Position numbers and translations under genes: made by a program | The notes under the pieces: generated by a model | The model's database searches: none | Seen by the model: the letters and a program-made list of their open reading frames with translations, nothing else | Told to the model about the DNA's origin: nothing | IMG/VR virus record: IMGVR_UViG_3300037140_000126 | Span: 60,955-124,954 of that record | Direction: 5' to 3' (one strand) | Source: a virus | DNA length: 64,000 nt | Shown: positions 17,762-25,526 of the stretch, one piece after another | Layout: each line of letters starts with the position of its first letter | Numbering within the stretch: the first letter of the stretch is position 1

Positions 17762-17971
17762 TTACCAACTTACTAGAAATTTAAGGGCGGTGCGGACAGT
17801 CACGAGGCTCAGATTCGTAACCGTCACATCGTGTCCTTCCGTCCCAGGTAGGACACTGGCTGAGGTAATACAGTACCAACCGCCCAGCTCGTCATACAGC
17901 AATTCATAAACTTTTCCAAGATAGATTTTTCGTAATTGTCGCGGGCGCGAAGTCTGAGCCTTGCGCATCAT
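17762..17971 (-). CDS. Hypothetical protein
   Basis: 69 aa with upstream GGAG. Confidence 0.4.
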   Translation of the reverse strand: MMRKAQTSRPRQLRKIYLGKVYELLYDELGGWYCITSASVLPGTEGHDVTVTNLSLVTVRTALKFLVSW

Positions 17972-18028
17972 AACTCCATGATACAGGAATCGTGTTCTAA
18001 CTCGTTCCCAGGATGCACAGGAACGCTG

Positions 18029-18046
18029 TTTCCCGTCGATTTCCCG
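18029..18046 (-). repeat. Intergenic motif CGGGAAATCGACGGGAAA, copy 1
   Basis: Identical at 41730-41747; one mismatch at 56900-56917. Confidence 0.8.
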
Positions 18047-18131
18047 CTACTTATGAGCACTTCTATAGCAAAACACATCTGGAAAAGGCTTGTTTTACAT
18101 TAAAACTATTGTTTTCTTGAGGTTAGATAAG

Positions 18132-18175
18132 AAAAAGAGCATCTAGCCTGAGGTTTTTCGATCAGGCTAGATGCT
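18132..18175 (-). terminator. Rho-independent terminator
   Basis: 14-bp stem AGCATCTAGCCTGA/TCAGGCTAGATGCT followed by a T-tract on the minus strand, just after the stop at 18183. Confidence 0.85.
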
Positions 18176-18182
18176 GAGGGGG

Positions 18183-18617
18183 TTAGTCATCGGACGCGGG
18201 TACGTCTTGCACGGATGCTCGTGAAACTTCCGCACCAGCACCAGCGGCCTTCGCTTTGGCTTTGGCTTTGGCTTTGGCTTTAAGTACCGGCTCAGTGGAC
18301 TTCGCAGATGCACCGTTCTTGCCCTTGGCTGCGAGAAATACAAGCCTCACTTTCTCGCCATCGTTTTCCAGCTCCAGCTTGAACGGACGATCTGCTTTCG
18401 CACTCTTGCGCTTGAGCACGGTCAGGAAATAACCGATGCTGTCTTTTTCACGCTTGCGGTACTCCATGAAATCCGCACGGTTATGGAACTTCCCGTCGCT
18501 CAGATCGGACAGTATCTTTCCCTCTACAGAGTTCGGGGAAGCGATGCCCAACACACGGTCTGCCCTGGATGTACGAGTCTTTTTTACTTTTGCTTTCTTT
18601 GCTGTTTTATTTGCCAT
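18183..18617 (-). CDS. Winged-helix-like basic protein with AK-repeat tail
   Basis: KDSIGYFLTVL...RPFKLE...GEKVRLVFL; AKAKAKAKAK. Confidence 0.65.
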   Translation of the reverse strand: MANKTAKKAKVKKTRTSRADRVLGIASPNSVEGKILSDLSDGKFHNRADFMEYRKREKDSIGYFLTVLKRKSAKADRPFKLELENDGEKVRLVFLAAKGKNGASAKSTEPVLKAKAKAKAKAKAAGAGAEVSRASVQDVPASDD

Positions 18618-18675
18618 GTTCTTGCTCCTCTTCTTAGGTTTATTTAGAAACTTGGCCCTGTTTCACGCACCCAAA

Positions 18676-18703
18676 ATATTATACCTATCGTGGTGAATGT
18701 CAA
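18676..18703 (-). promoter_or_regulatory. Probable sigma70 promoter without operator
   Basis: TTGACA then TATAATAT 14-16 nt downstream; spacing suboptimal. Confidence 0.45.
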
Positions 18704-18709
18704 GGTATA

Positions 18710-18925
18710 TCACCTACACCCATAATCGGTCTCTGTCACCAAAACAAACTGTGGGCAGCCACACAGCACAGCAGTTGATTCAGCACCCGGTGTATCAAAA
18801 AATTCGGCATCGTCACCATGGTCGTAAAAGACTTCCTCATCGCACGTCATCGGATCGCCCGCACTTGTAAAGTGAAATTTGTACGCGTGATGGCAATTTT
18901 CGCATAGTGCTTCTAGGTCGAGCAC
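18710..18925 (-). CDS. Small Cys-containing protein (GTG start probable)
   Basis: LCENCHH...CGCPQF. Confidence 0.5.
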   Translation of the reverse strand: MLDLEALCENCHHAYKFHFTSAGDPMTCDEEVFYDHGDDAEFFDTPGAESTAVLCGCPQFVLVTETDYGCR

Positions 18926-19674
18926 ACTTCCTCTTTTCCCAGCGGTGCACTCTCGCCGACTGGTATGAGTTTTGGAACTGTGATCTCTCGTTCTTTCATC
19001 CCATGTGCACCAAGCATCATGCAAAGCAAACTGAATTCCTTGTCATACTCGGGCGGGGCCCAGCAACCGGAACGGCAGATAAACACATAATCCACGTTGC
19101 GCCAACGTATTGGAGGAGCACCGTAGACAACATCAAACTGCCCGTTGAGTTGCTTACGGGCCCAATCCAGCTTGTCTTCGTGGCCTTCCGGAAACTTCTT
19201 TCGCCAATCGGGATAAACTTGCAACCACGATTTGACACGCCCGTTCGCAATCAAATGGCTGCCCCATGATCCACATTCAACGGATTTATCATCCTTGGCA
19301 ATTTTGCCGTAATGGATATCATGGTGCGCGTCGATGTTAACGATCTCAAGATTGCTCTGTCCAGTGAGCAGTTGCAGAATCGCGGCATGTGACTCGGCCG
19401 TTCCAATCTGATATTTCCCTTGCGTGAACGGCAACCTTGTAATCACGAACGGGCTGCCACGGAAAGGAAGCAGTTCGCGCAAGTCTACTAGCATTTGCTT
19501 GAAGGATTTCGTTGCTTCGTTGTAACTGGTATTCACACGCCTAATGTGCCACATATGTTCTAGGAAGAATGTCGTCTCACGATGGCCCCAATCCAGCATT
19601 GGATTTTCTTCAACGAAATAATCCCAGTCAATCGAAACCACTCTAGTTGTCTTAGTCTTAGTCTTCGCGTTCAT
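18913..19674 (-). CDS. Arginase/deacetylase-fold metallohydrolase (UPF0489-like)
   Basis: SIDWDYF, ESHA, NIDAHHD, CGSW, FICRS motifs. Confidence 0.7.
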   Translation of the reverse strand: MNAKTKTKTTRVVSIDWDYFVEENPMLDWGHRETTFFLEHMWHIRRVNTSYNEATKSFKQMLVDLRELLPFRGSPFVITRLPFTQGKYQIGTAESHAAILQLLTGQSNLEIVNIDAHHDIHYGKIAKDDKSVECGSWGSHLIANGRVKSWLQVYPDWRKKFPEGHEDKLDWARKQLNGQFDVVYGAPPIRWRNVDYVFICRSGCWAPPEYDKEFSLLCMMLGAHGMKEREITVPKLIPVGESAPLGKEEVCST

Positions 19675-19686
19675 GTCAACTACCTC

Positions 19687-19824
19687 CTATAAATGAAACA
19701 ATGCCCAACCACCAGTTATGAAACCGACAGCAAATCCAAGAACGAACGCACTGATGAGTGCAACACGGATCGTCAGCTTGAACTGCCGCTCATCCGTCAG
19801 AGTGCGGTGGATTAGTTCTCTCAT
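19687..19824 (-). CDS. Small membrane peptide (45 aa; not in track)
   Basis: MRELIHRTLTDERQFKLTIRVALISAFVLGFAVGFITGGWALFHL; overlaps TadE stop. Confidence 0.5.
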   Translation of the reverse strand: MRELIHRTLTDERQFKLTIRVALISAFVLGFAVGFITGGWALFHL

Positions 19825-20159
19825 GGTGTTACCGCCGTTTCTGTCAGTTTGACCGCTGGTATGAATCCAGTTAGTGATTGTGTGGTATAGGCAAGTGTGA
19901 CACTGTTGGGCGCGTTCACCGTGACGGTAATCTGGGCAGGGTTAAGATGCAAACCCGGTGCGGCTGCCGATACGTAGGCCACAGGATTGCACCCTGCCTT
20001 GGCGTTACAAATGGCTGCCTCGGTCGTAATATAGTCAAGGTTGGACTTCTGATTTTCTAGCCAGAGCAAGTCAGCACCCGCTAGGGCAAGAAAAAGGAAA
20101 ATAGGCAGAATTAACGCAAATTCAATTAGTGCCTGCCCACGTTGCCGATTAGTCTTCAT
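19821..20159 (-). CDS. TadE-like pseudopilin
   Basis: MKTNRQRG/QALIEFALILPIFLFL prepilin cleavage plus hydrophobic helix; GGGAGG RBS. Confidence 0.8.
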   Translation of the reverse strand: MKTNRQRGQALIEFALILPIFLFLALAGADLLWLENQKSNLDYITTEAAICNAKAGCNPVAYVSAAAPGLHLNPAQITVTVNAPNSVTLAYTTQSLTGFIPAVKLTETAVTP

Positions 20160-21135
20160 CGAACGATACCTCCCGCGAAGGTTTGAGCACAACGAGCGTG
20201 TCGAGCGTGCTCTTGATCGTCTCAAACGACGCACGCATTGTGTTACGTGCCCGTTCGTCTTCCCGCAGCACATCCGGATTGACACCCTTAACAAGAGCAT
20301 TCGCCTTGTCTACGAGTGCTTTCAGTTCAGCGTCACCTTGAATGTTCCGGGGATTGAATGTCCCAATCCATTCACTGACATTTGCAACGGCCGAATCCCG
20401 AATCACTTTTTTCTTGCCGTCTTTCGAGGGCGACAACCGTTCGACAAGGTGGCCAACAACTTCTGAGAACTCTTTGCGCAAAAGTTGCTGCCAGACTTCA
20501 CGTGCAGCGTCCCATGACTTTGCGGCCTTCGCCTGCTCCTGCTGATAGACATCCCGGCTAACCTGTTCGAGACTCACAGGAACGTCGAAGCTGATATAGC
20601 GCCAAGTGATTCCAAACGCGGAGGTCAGTCCATCCTTGGTCGGATAGTCGGACTCCGTGAACAACTTCCCGAGCCTGGTTTTTGACTCCTGCAACATCTC
20701 GTCGTATTCACCAACGAATTGCTCAACGAGTTGCTTGTGCTCGACTGTGAACTCGATGAGCCGCTTATTGACAACATCCACGTTGTCGGTCGGAATGAGA
20801 TACACGCTATCTTTTAGCAGTGACGGTAGTGCATGGGAGCGGACATATGCTTGAGCACGATACCCGACACCTCTAATCTTACCGAGGCTATCGGAAGCAA
20901 CCAGCTTTTTCGTGACGCCAATCCAGCGAGGATCGGCTTCGACTTTTACATTGCTCGTGCTGATCTTGCGTTGGTTGCCCAGCACATGCACGTCCAAGGA
21001 CAGAGCAATCACTTTGCCCAGCATCTCTTTTGTGCTGACTGGTTGTGGCTGCTGGACTGTAACGGTCTTGTGGATGTGACGTTTTGTTGCTGTGTGTTTT
21101 ACTGCCAATGCTTTCTTCTGAGCCTTCGCTGCCAT
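20149..21135 (-). CDS. DUF3150-like protein (recalled family)
   Basis: 328 aa helical; KKLV...LGKIR...SVYLIP...YPT..L...F pattern. Confidence 0.5.
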   Translation of the reverse strand: MAAKAQKKALAVKHTATKRHIHKTVTVQQPQPVSTKEMLGKVIALSLDVHVLGNQRKISTSNVKVEADPRWIGVTKKLVASDSLGKIRGVGYRAQAYVRSHALPSLLKDSVYLIPTDNVDVVNKRLIEFTVEHKQLVEQFVGEYDEMLQESKTRLGKLFTESDYPTKDGLTSAFGITWRYISFDVPVSLEQVSRDVYQQEQAKAAKSWDAAREVWQQLLRKEFSEVVGHLVERLSPSKDGKKKVIRDSAVANVSEWIGTFNPRNIQGDAELKALVDKANALVKGVNPDVLREDERARNTMRASFETIKSTLDTLVVLKPSREVSFDED

Positions 21136-21174
21136 GTTCGTCTACCTCCTCACGATATGAATTCTCAACGATTC

Positions 21175-21203
21175 ATAATACAAAACTCGCACAATATTGT
21201 CAA
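21175..21203 (-). promoter_or_regulatory. Sigma70-type promoter with operator variant
   Basis: TTGACA-atattgtgcgagttttg(17)-TATTAT. Confidence 0.8.
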
Positions 21204-21206
21204 GGG

Positions 21207-21473
21207 CTAAACCTCGGAGAACAGATTTTCTTCGAGCCATTGACGTTCTGTGGCGAGCGCATCTTCCCGCAGTCTGTAAGGGCCAAGCACAGGCCCATTC
21301 ACGGGCGCGAGGTCTGCCGTCCAACCCTTGCCACTAGGCTCGACGTAGCTTACACGGCGCGTTACGGCTTCACCGTGCTCGCACAGGTCGGCGAGCTTGT
21401 CATCGTAGATGAACGAAAGACTACCGTCCGGCCGTATAGCGATTGAGAATTGTTCTTGTTTGTTCGGATTCAT
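21207..21473 (-). CDS. Conserved small hypothetical protein
   Basis: FSIAIRPDGSLSFIYDD...RRVSYVEP...WTADLAPVNGPVLGPY; start at MNPNK. Confidence 0.55.
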   Translation of the reverse strand: MNPNKQEQFSIAIRPDGSLSFIYDDKLADLCEHGEAVTRRVSYVEPSGKGWTADLAPVNGPVLGPYRLREDALATERQWLEENLFSEV

Positions 21474-21630
21474 ATGCCTCCTTCGTAGCTTGACTGTGCC
21501 CAACTTCTCCGAGCGCCGCTTCAAGCCCTTTCGTCAGCGCTTTGCAGGCCTTTCCTTTGACACCCTTGACGGAGACTTTCACTTCCCCATCTGGTGCAAT
21601 CGTCACTGTGATCTCTTCACTCATTTTCAT
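21421..21630 (-). CDS. DUF2997-like protein
   Basis: ITVTIAPDGEVKVSVKGVKGKAC. Confidence 0.7.
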   Translation of the reverse strand: MKMSEEITVTIAPDGEVKVSVKGVKGKACKALTKGLEAALGEVGHSQATKEAYESEQTRTILNRYTAGR

Positions 21631-22076
21631 TACCCCCTAACTGCTTTAACAACGAGAGTGCCATCCGGACGCTTGTACTGCGCGATGCGGAAACCGTCAC
21701 GCTGGAACTTGGCCATTTCTTTCTTTGCGACTTGCACGGCATAGCCTTGCTTCAGTTTCTCGCCGCTCTTACCGATAGCTTCTTGGAGCCCGTAGCCGCC
21801 TTGCCAGAAGTCCCAAAGCATTTGATAGCCAGTGCCTGTCTTGCTCTTGACAACACCGACCTCGTACGCTCGCGGATTACCCTTAATGCGCATGGCGTAG
21901 TCACATTTGCCCATGTCCGCTTTCGTGAAACCGGCAGGCAGCGGATAATCACCGACATGCGTGCCGTACCACTTGAACGTTGATTGCTCGACCAGTTCCA
22001 TACCGAGTGCTTCGGCCGCAAGCTTCAATGCGTTGAGGTCCCTGACTACCAATTTCAAATCGGTCACATGCGACAT
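21630..22076 (-). CDS. DUF1257/Ycf35-like protein
   Basis: MSHVTDLKLVVRDLNALKLAAEALG...WDFW...LKQGYA. Confidence 0.7.
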   Translation of the reverse strand: MSHVTDLKLVVRDLNALKLAAEALGMELVEQSTFKWYGTHVGDYPLPAGFTKADMGKCDYAMRIKGNPRAYEVGVVKSKTGTGYQMLWDFWQGGYGLQEAIGKSGEKLKQGYAVQVAKKEMAKFQRDGFRIAQYKRPDGTLVVKAVRG

Positions 22077-22095
22077 CGTAAAACTCCTTTCAGTT

Positions 22096-22184
22096 TGCTG
22101 GGGAGACTCTCGCCAGTGAGCCTTTAATCAATTCACGCATAGACTGCGTGGAGGACTCCTTCCCCAAAGGGCATGACCCCAGCA
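22096..22184 (-). ncRNA. Candidate structured 5' leader
   Basis: TGCTGGGG/CCCCAGCA closing stem, inner CCTTTG/TAAAGG and CACGCA/TGCGTG, between promoter and RBS. Confidence 0.4.
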
Positions 22185-22189
22185 CATTC

Positions 22190-22218
22190 AATATACAATA
22201 TTCGCACAAAACAGTCAA
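22190..22218 (-). promoter_or_regulatory. Sigma70-type promoter with operator variant
   Basis: TTGACT-gttttgtgcgaatattg(17)-TATATT. Confidence 0.75.
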
Positions 22219-22222
22219 GGTC

Positions 22223-22573
22223 TTAGTTGGCCCGCATCCGTAACTGGCGGAATTGCCCATGCATCTGCCGGATGAAGTCGATCAAAATCGCTTGTTGAGC
22301 AACAGGCAGTTCGTGGAACTTAGGATCAACTGTTTCAAAGCTATGCTGTGCGAGTTCTTCCCACTTGTCCGCGTCGATTAGTTCGGCGCAGGGTGCGCAG
22401 GCTACCCATTTGCCGACGCTCTCGGCTACAAGTGGCCCTACATCAATTGCTTTGAACGTCTCACATGCGTAGTCCTTCACGATGGCTGGCGAACTGCAAA
22501 AATCACATAGCAACTCTTTACCACCAGGGTGCAATTCATATTTAACATAGTTAGTCATTTCAGTCCTCCTCAA
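22223..22573 (-). CDS. Zn-binding hypothetical protein
   Basis: CDFC...CAPC. Confidence 0.55.
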   Translation of the reverse strand: MRRTEMTNYVKYELHPGGKELLCDFCSSPAIVKDYACETFKAIDVGPLVAESVGKWVACAPCAELIDADKWEELAQHSFETVDPKFHELPVAQQAILIDFIRQMHGQFRQLRMRAN

Positions 22574-22898
22574 GGCAGATTTCTCTTCGTGTCTGAATCA
22601 CAAGCATCTGTCCAGTCTGTGCAACAACCTTTGCGACAGGCAACACAGTTTTCTTGTCAAGGTAGCGGGCGCGTTGATTATTCGCCATTACTTGCACAGG
22701 CACACCACCTATGATCGGAACTTCCTCAACCTTCCGAATGTGCAAAATATGTTTGCACATTGGTTTCGGGTTTCTAGCAAACTTATGGGCCGGGCAGTCA
22801 CAAGCCCATCGTCCAGTCTTCGCCACGCTGACTGTATACGTCTTGTCAGTAGTAAACGAAGTCACTTTCCACTGTGCTGCCCACTGAGCGCCCATCAC
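22560..22898 (-). CDS. SWIM zinc-finger protein
   Basis: YTVSV...WACDCP...CKHI. Confidence 0.75.
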   Translation of the reverse strand: MMGAQWAAQWKVTSFTTDKTYTVSVAKTGRWACDCPAHKFARNPKPMCKHILHIRKVEEVPIIGGVPVQVMANNQRARYLDKKTVLPVAKVVAQTGQMLVIQTRREICLEED

Positions 22899-23077
22899 CC
22901 TAACTCCCCTTCTAACGAATCAATTCTCGATTCCAATGAATTGACATCATCCCGATCAACCATAGAGCTAATCCGATCTTCAAGGTCAGATTCAAGATCA
23001 TCGGTATATTGTTGGCACTCATATCTGACCAAATCACCGACGAAGTACCAAAGCACTTTTCCAATCAGGCTCTTCAT
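22895..23077 (-). CDS. Hypothetical protein
   Basis: GGAGG RBS, overlap with next gene. Confidence 0.5.
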   Translation of the reverse strand: MKSLIGKVLWYFVGDLVRYECQQYTDDLESDLEDRISSMVDRDDVNSLESRIDSLEGELG

Positions 23078-23079
23078 GG

Positions 23080-24651
23080 CTAGTTGACCTCCCTCTTGAT
23101 GCTGCGTGACTGCTGAAGCACGGGCGGCTGATTTGACGGAAGCTTATACTTGCCAGGGTAGCTTGCGGCAATGAACTTCCCGGCAGCAAACTCACGCAGC
23201 CGTTGTATCTGATCTTTCGCAGACTGAGCGACAGGAACAACGTACTCGGCAGCTTCCACGAGGCTGATCCCGTAGTCCCAGGCCATCTCGGTGCACTGTT
23301 CGATTTCCGCCCCTGTCCATCCTTCATCGTCCGGACGCTTCTTGTCGGTCAGATTATATTTCTTCGTGAAAAACTGCCATGCCCCGTCACGCTCTTCTTT
23401 TGACATCAGGTCCATAAAGAACGTGCCACGCTTGAAACGCCTTCTCAATTCAGGAGGCAGGCTGTCCACGTTATTGCAAGTCGCAACAACGAAAATCGTT
23501 TTGCCGCCAGCCACAGCATCCACCATTTTCAGGAACGAGCGGAGATTCTTGCCCGACTCGCCGACAATACCGGCCTCCATTCCACCAATATCACCCACGA
23601 TAGTCGGAACTCCAGCTTCGTTTCCAATTGCCTTTGCTAAGAGGGACTTCCCTGTTCCGGGAGGCCCGAGCAGCAATATGCCAATTGCGTTGTGATCCTG
23701 CATCCAGGTCAAGAAAGTGCCAAACATCTTCTGGCTGACTCCAGACAAATCGCCTTGCAGGCCGGCAAACATCTTCTCGATTTCGTCCAGAAACAGGACG
23801 CACGAGATTTCCCGCTTGCCGTTGATAACCATACGGACGTACTTGACGACGTTCGACAGTCCGCAGATATTGGAAAACTTCTCCGCTCCGCGCCAGACAC
23901 TTGCACCAACAGTCTGCTCGATTGTCTGCCGCTTGCGTTCCCACAACCCTTCAACGTCGATACCGTCCTTCTTGAGTGAGATAAATGCTACCTGCTCGGC
24001 GGGATATGCGGCAAGTCCGCACAGCGCATCGGAGCATTTTTCCAGTACATCGGCTTTGGGTTTGTCGAGCTTCGCATCATTGTAGACGCGTGTGATGATT
24101 TCTTTCAATTGTTCGCGGTCAGGGTAGGGCTCATCCAGCAAAAGCACATCCTGGGCGAGTGCGGCGGGCAGGGTAATATCCGGAGCGAGCAGAACGACGC
24201 TGCGCCGGTTCGCTTTGAAGTTGTCACGCAGGTTGCAAATCGCTTGCGCGACAACAGGCTGCTCCATGTAGCGGTCAGCGTTCAGCATGAAGAGAATCGA
24301 CAAACGCGGCAGCTTCACAGCACGCACAAGGGCGTCCACTGGGCTAGACAACGATTCGGACAGAAGTTGATACAGGTCGCCAACTTTCTCACCCGACTGG
24401 ATACGCTCTTGCATCTGTGAAATTTCTACAGCAGAGAACAAATCGTGTAAGGCATCTTGGCCCTTATCGTTCACACCGAGCACGCCTCGGACGATATCGT
24501 GACACAGGATCGGTGGCACTTCTTTCGTCTCGGCGTACGCTTGCATGACTGTGCCCATCGTTGCGGCAGGGTCGGGTGTGCGAATCGCCATCAGGCTAGT
24601 GCTAACTCGTCTTGCTGCCTTAAAAGTTTCCAGAAAACTTTGCTGAGCCAT
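23080..24651 (-). CDS. AAA+ ATPase (Ycf46-like)
   Basis: GPPGTGKS Walker A, VATCNN sensor, LRRRFKRG, GWTGAEIEQ; degenerate first AAA module. Confidence 0.9.
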   Translation of the reverse strand: MAQQSFLETFKAARRVSTSLMAIRTPDPAATMGTVMQAYAETKEVPPILCHDIVRGVLGVNDKGQDALHDLFSAVEISQMQERIQSGEKVGDLYQLLSESLSSPVDALVRAVKLPRLSILFMLNADRYMEQPVVAQAICNLRDNFKANRRSVVLLAPDITLPAALAQDVLLLDEPYPDREQLKEIITRVYNDAKLDKPKADVLEKCSDALCGLAAYPAEQVAFISLKKDGIDVEGLWERKRQTIEQTVGASVWRGAEKFSNICGLSNVVKYVRMVINGKREISCVLFLDEIEKMFAGLQGDLSGVSQKMFGTFLTWMQDHNAIGILLLGPPGTGKSLLAKAIGNEAGVPTIVGDIGGMEAGIVGESGKNLRSFLKMVDAVAGGKTIFVVATCNNVDSLPPELRRRFKRGTFFMDLMSKEERDGAWQFFTKKYNLTDKKRPDDEGWTGAEIEQCTEMAWDYGISLVEAAEYVVPVAQSAKDQIQRLREFAAGKFIAASYPGKYKLPSNQPPVLQQSRSIKREVN

Positions 24652-24687
24652 GACTTCCTCCTCATCCAGTATGTTACAGGATTCAAA

Positions 24688-25119
24688 CTATGCTTTCGGT
24701 GCCTCATACTTCGCTTTGAGCCTATCTAACTGTGCCCGTTCAGAAGTTTCAATTTCAGCATTCAGTCGGGCCGAGTATGCTTCAATCAAACCAGAAGTTA
24801 TCACCCATGCTTTGACAACACGCTCCACATCGCAATAAGTGAATTCCGGCGAGCCGTAGCAACCACACTCCGCTGTCTGTTTCAGAAATTGCATCTTGTC
24901 CCTGGTGTTTGTGAAAAACTCGCCGTAGAACCCTCCTTGATTGTAATGAGCGATATGCCCGAAGGTCATCGACAGACGATTGTAAAACCACTTCGGGAAC
25001 AGTGTACCCTTAAAATCGGACTCTACGAATCGAACGAACTGATTGGCGAACTTGGCCTTGTCTTCTGCTGTGTCCCATTCAGTTGGTGTAAACCGCGTTG
25101 CGTCGAATAGCTTTTTCAT
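24688..25119 (-). CDS. Conserved hypothetical protein
   Basis: FPKWFYNRLSMTFGHIAHYNQGGFY; first gene after promoter. Confidence 0.65.
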   Translation of the reverse strand: MKKLFDATRFTPTEWDTAEDKAKFANQFVRFVESDFKGTLFPKWFYNRLSMTFGHIAHYNQGGFYGEFFTNTRDKMQFLKQTAECGCYGSPEFTYCDVERVVKAWVITSGLIEAYSARLNAEIETSERAQLDRLKAKYEAPKA

Positions 25120-25154
25120 GGTCGTTCTCCTTGTACCTCACTTGTTGCACCTTG

Positions 25155-25183
25155 ATAGTACAAAATTCGTACAATATTGTCAA
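25155..25183 (-). promoter_or_regulatory. Sigma70-type promoter with operator variant
   Basis: TTGACA-atattgtacgaattttg(17)-TACTAT. Confidence 0.8.
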
Positions 25184-25194
25184 GGGTAAAAATA

Positions 25195-25450
25195 ATGGTG
25201 GCTTTCTCGTATAGCTACCATGTGGGACTTGCGACCATCCGTTTGTCCCGTTTTTGCGGGTGACAACGGTATCCCATCATCCGTAGTTTAGGGCACTGGT
25301 ACCCAACCCGCCGCCGTTCGCATTGGCGTATAAGACGACTGGTCTCTTTCAGGACGAGACCGCAATTGCCAGCACGTTGCTTCCGTAGTTTGTTTCATTC
25401 ACTGGTTCGCTCGTTCGTCCTGCACCTATTTAGACGCACTAGCCCTAGGT
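25195..25450. ncRNA. Candidate structured non-coding region
   Basis: Several hairpins (CCGTTGTC/GACAAACGG with CCCG/CGGG; GTCTC/GAGAC; ATGGTAGCT/AGCCACCAT); AAACTACGGA twice; no family recognised. Confidence 0.3.
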
Positions 25451-25457
25451 AAAGATT

Positions 25458-25476
25458 CAATATTCGTACAATATTA
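25458..25476. promoter_or_regulatory. Stand-alone operator palindrome
   Basis: CAATATTCGTACAATATTA matches the promoter-spacer palindrome. Confidence 0.6.
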
Positions 25477-25526
25477 AGGGTCAGGTTAGGTGCTTTAGTT
25501 TGAGTAGGTTAGGTATGGGGAACTGG

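Noticed and set aside
18029-18046. GKSTGN peptide reading of the repeated motif as a small-protein family
   Set aside because: At copy 3 that frame has stops just upstream and no start; copy 2 lacks an RBS; treated as a non-coding motif
18253-18281. GCTTTG tandem repeat as a VNTR or contingency locus
   Set aside because: In-frame hexamer encoding the AKAKAK tail; no frame-switching potential
25190-25455. tmRNA, RNase P or hammerhead identity for the structured gap
   Set aside because: No tRNA-like acceptor or T-arm ends, no RNase P GAAAGUCC core, no CUGAUGA core
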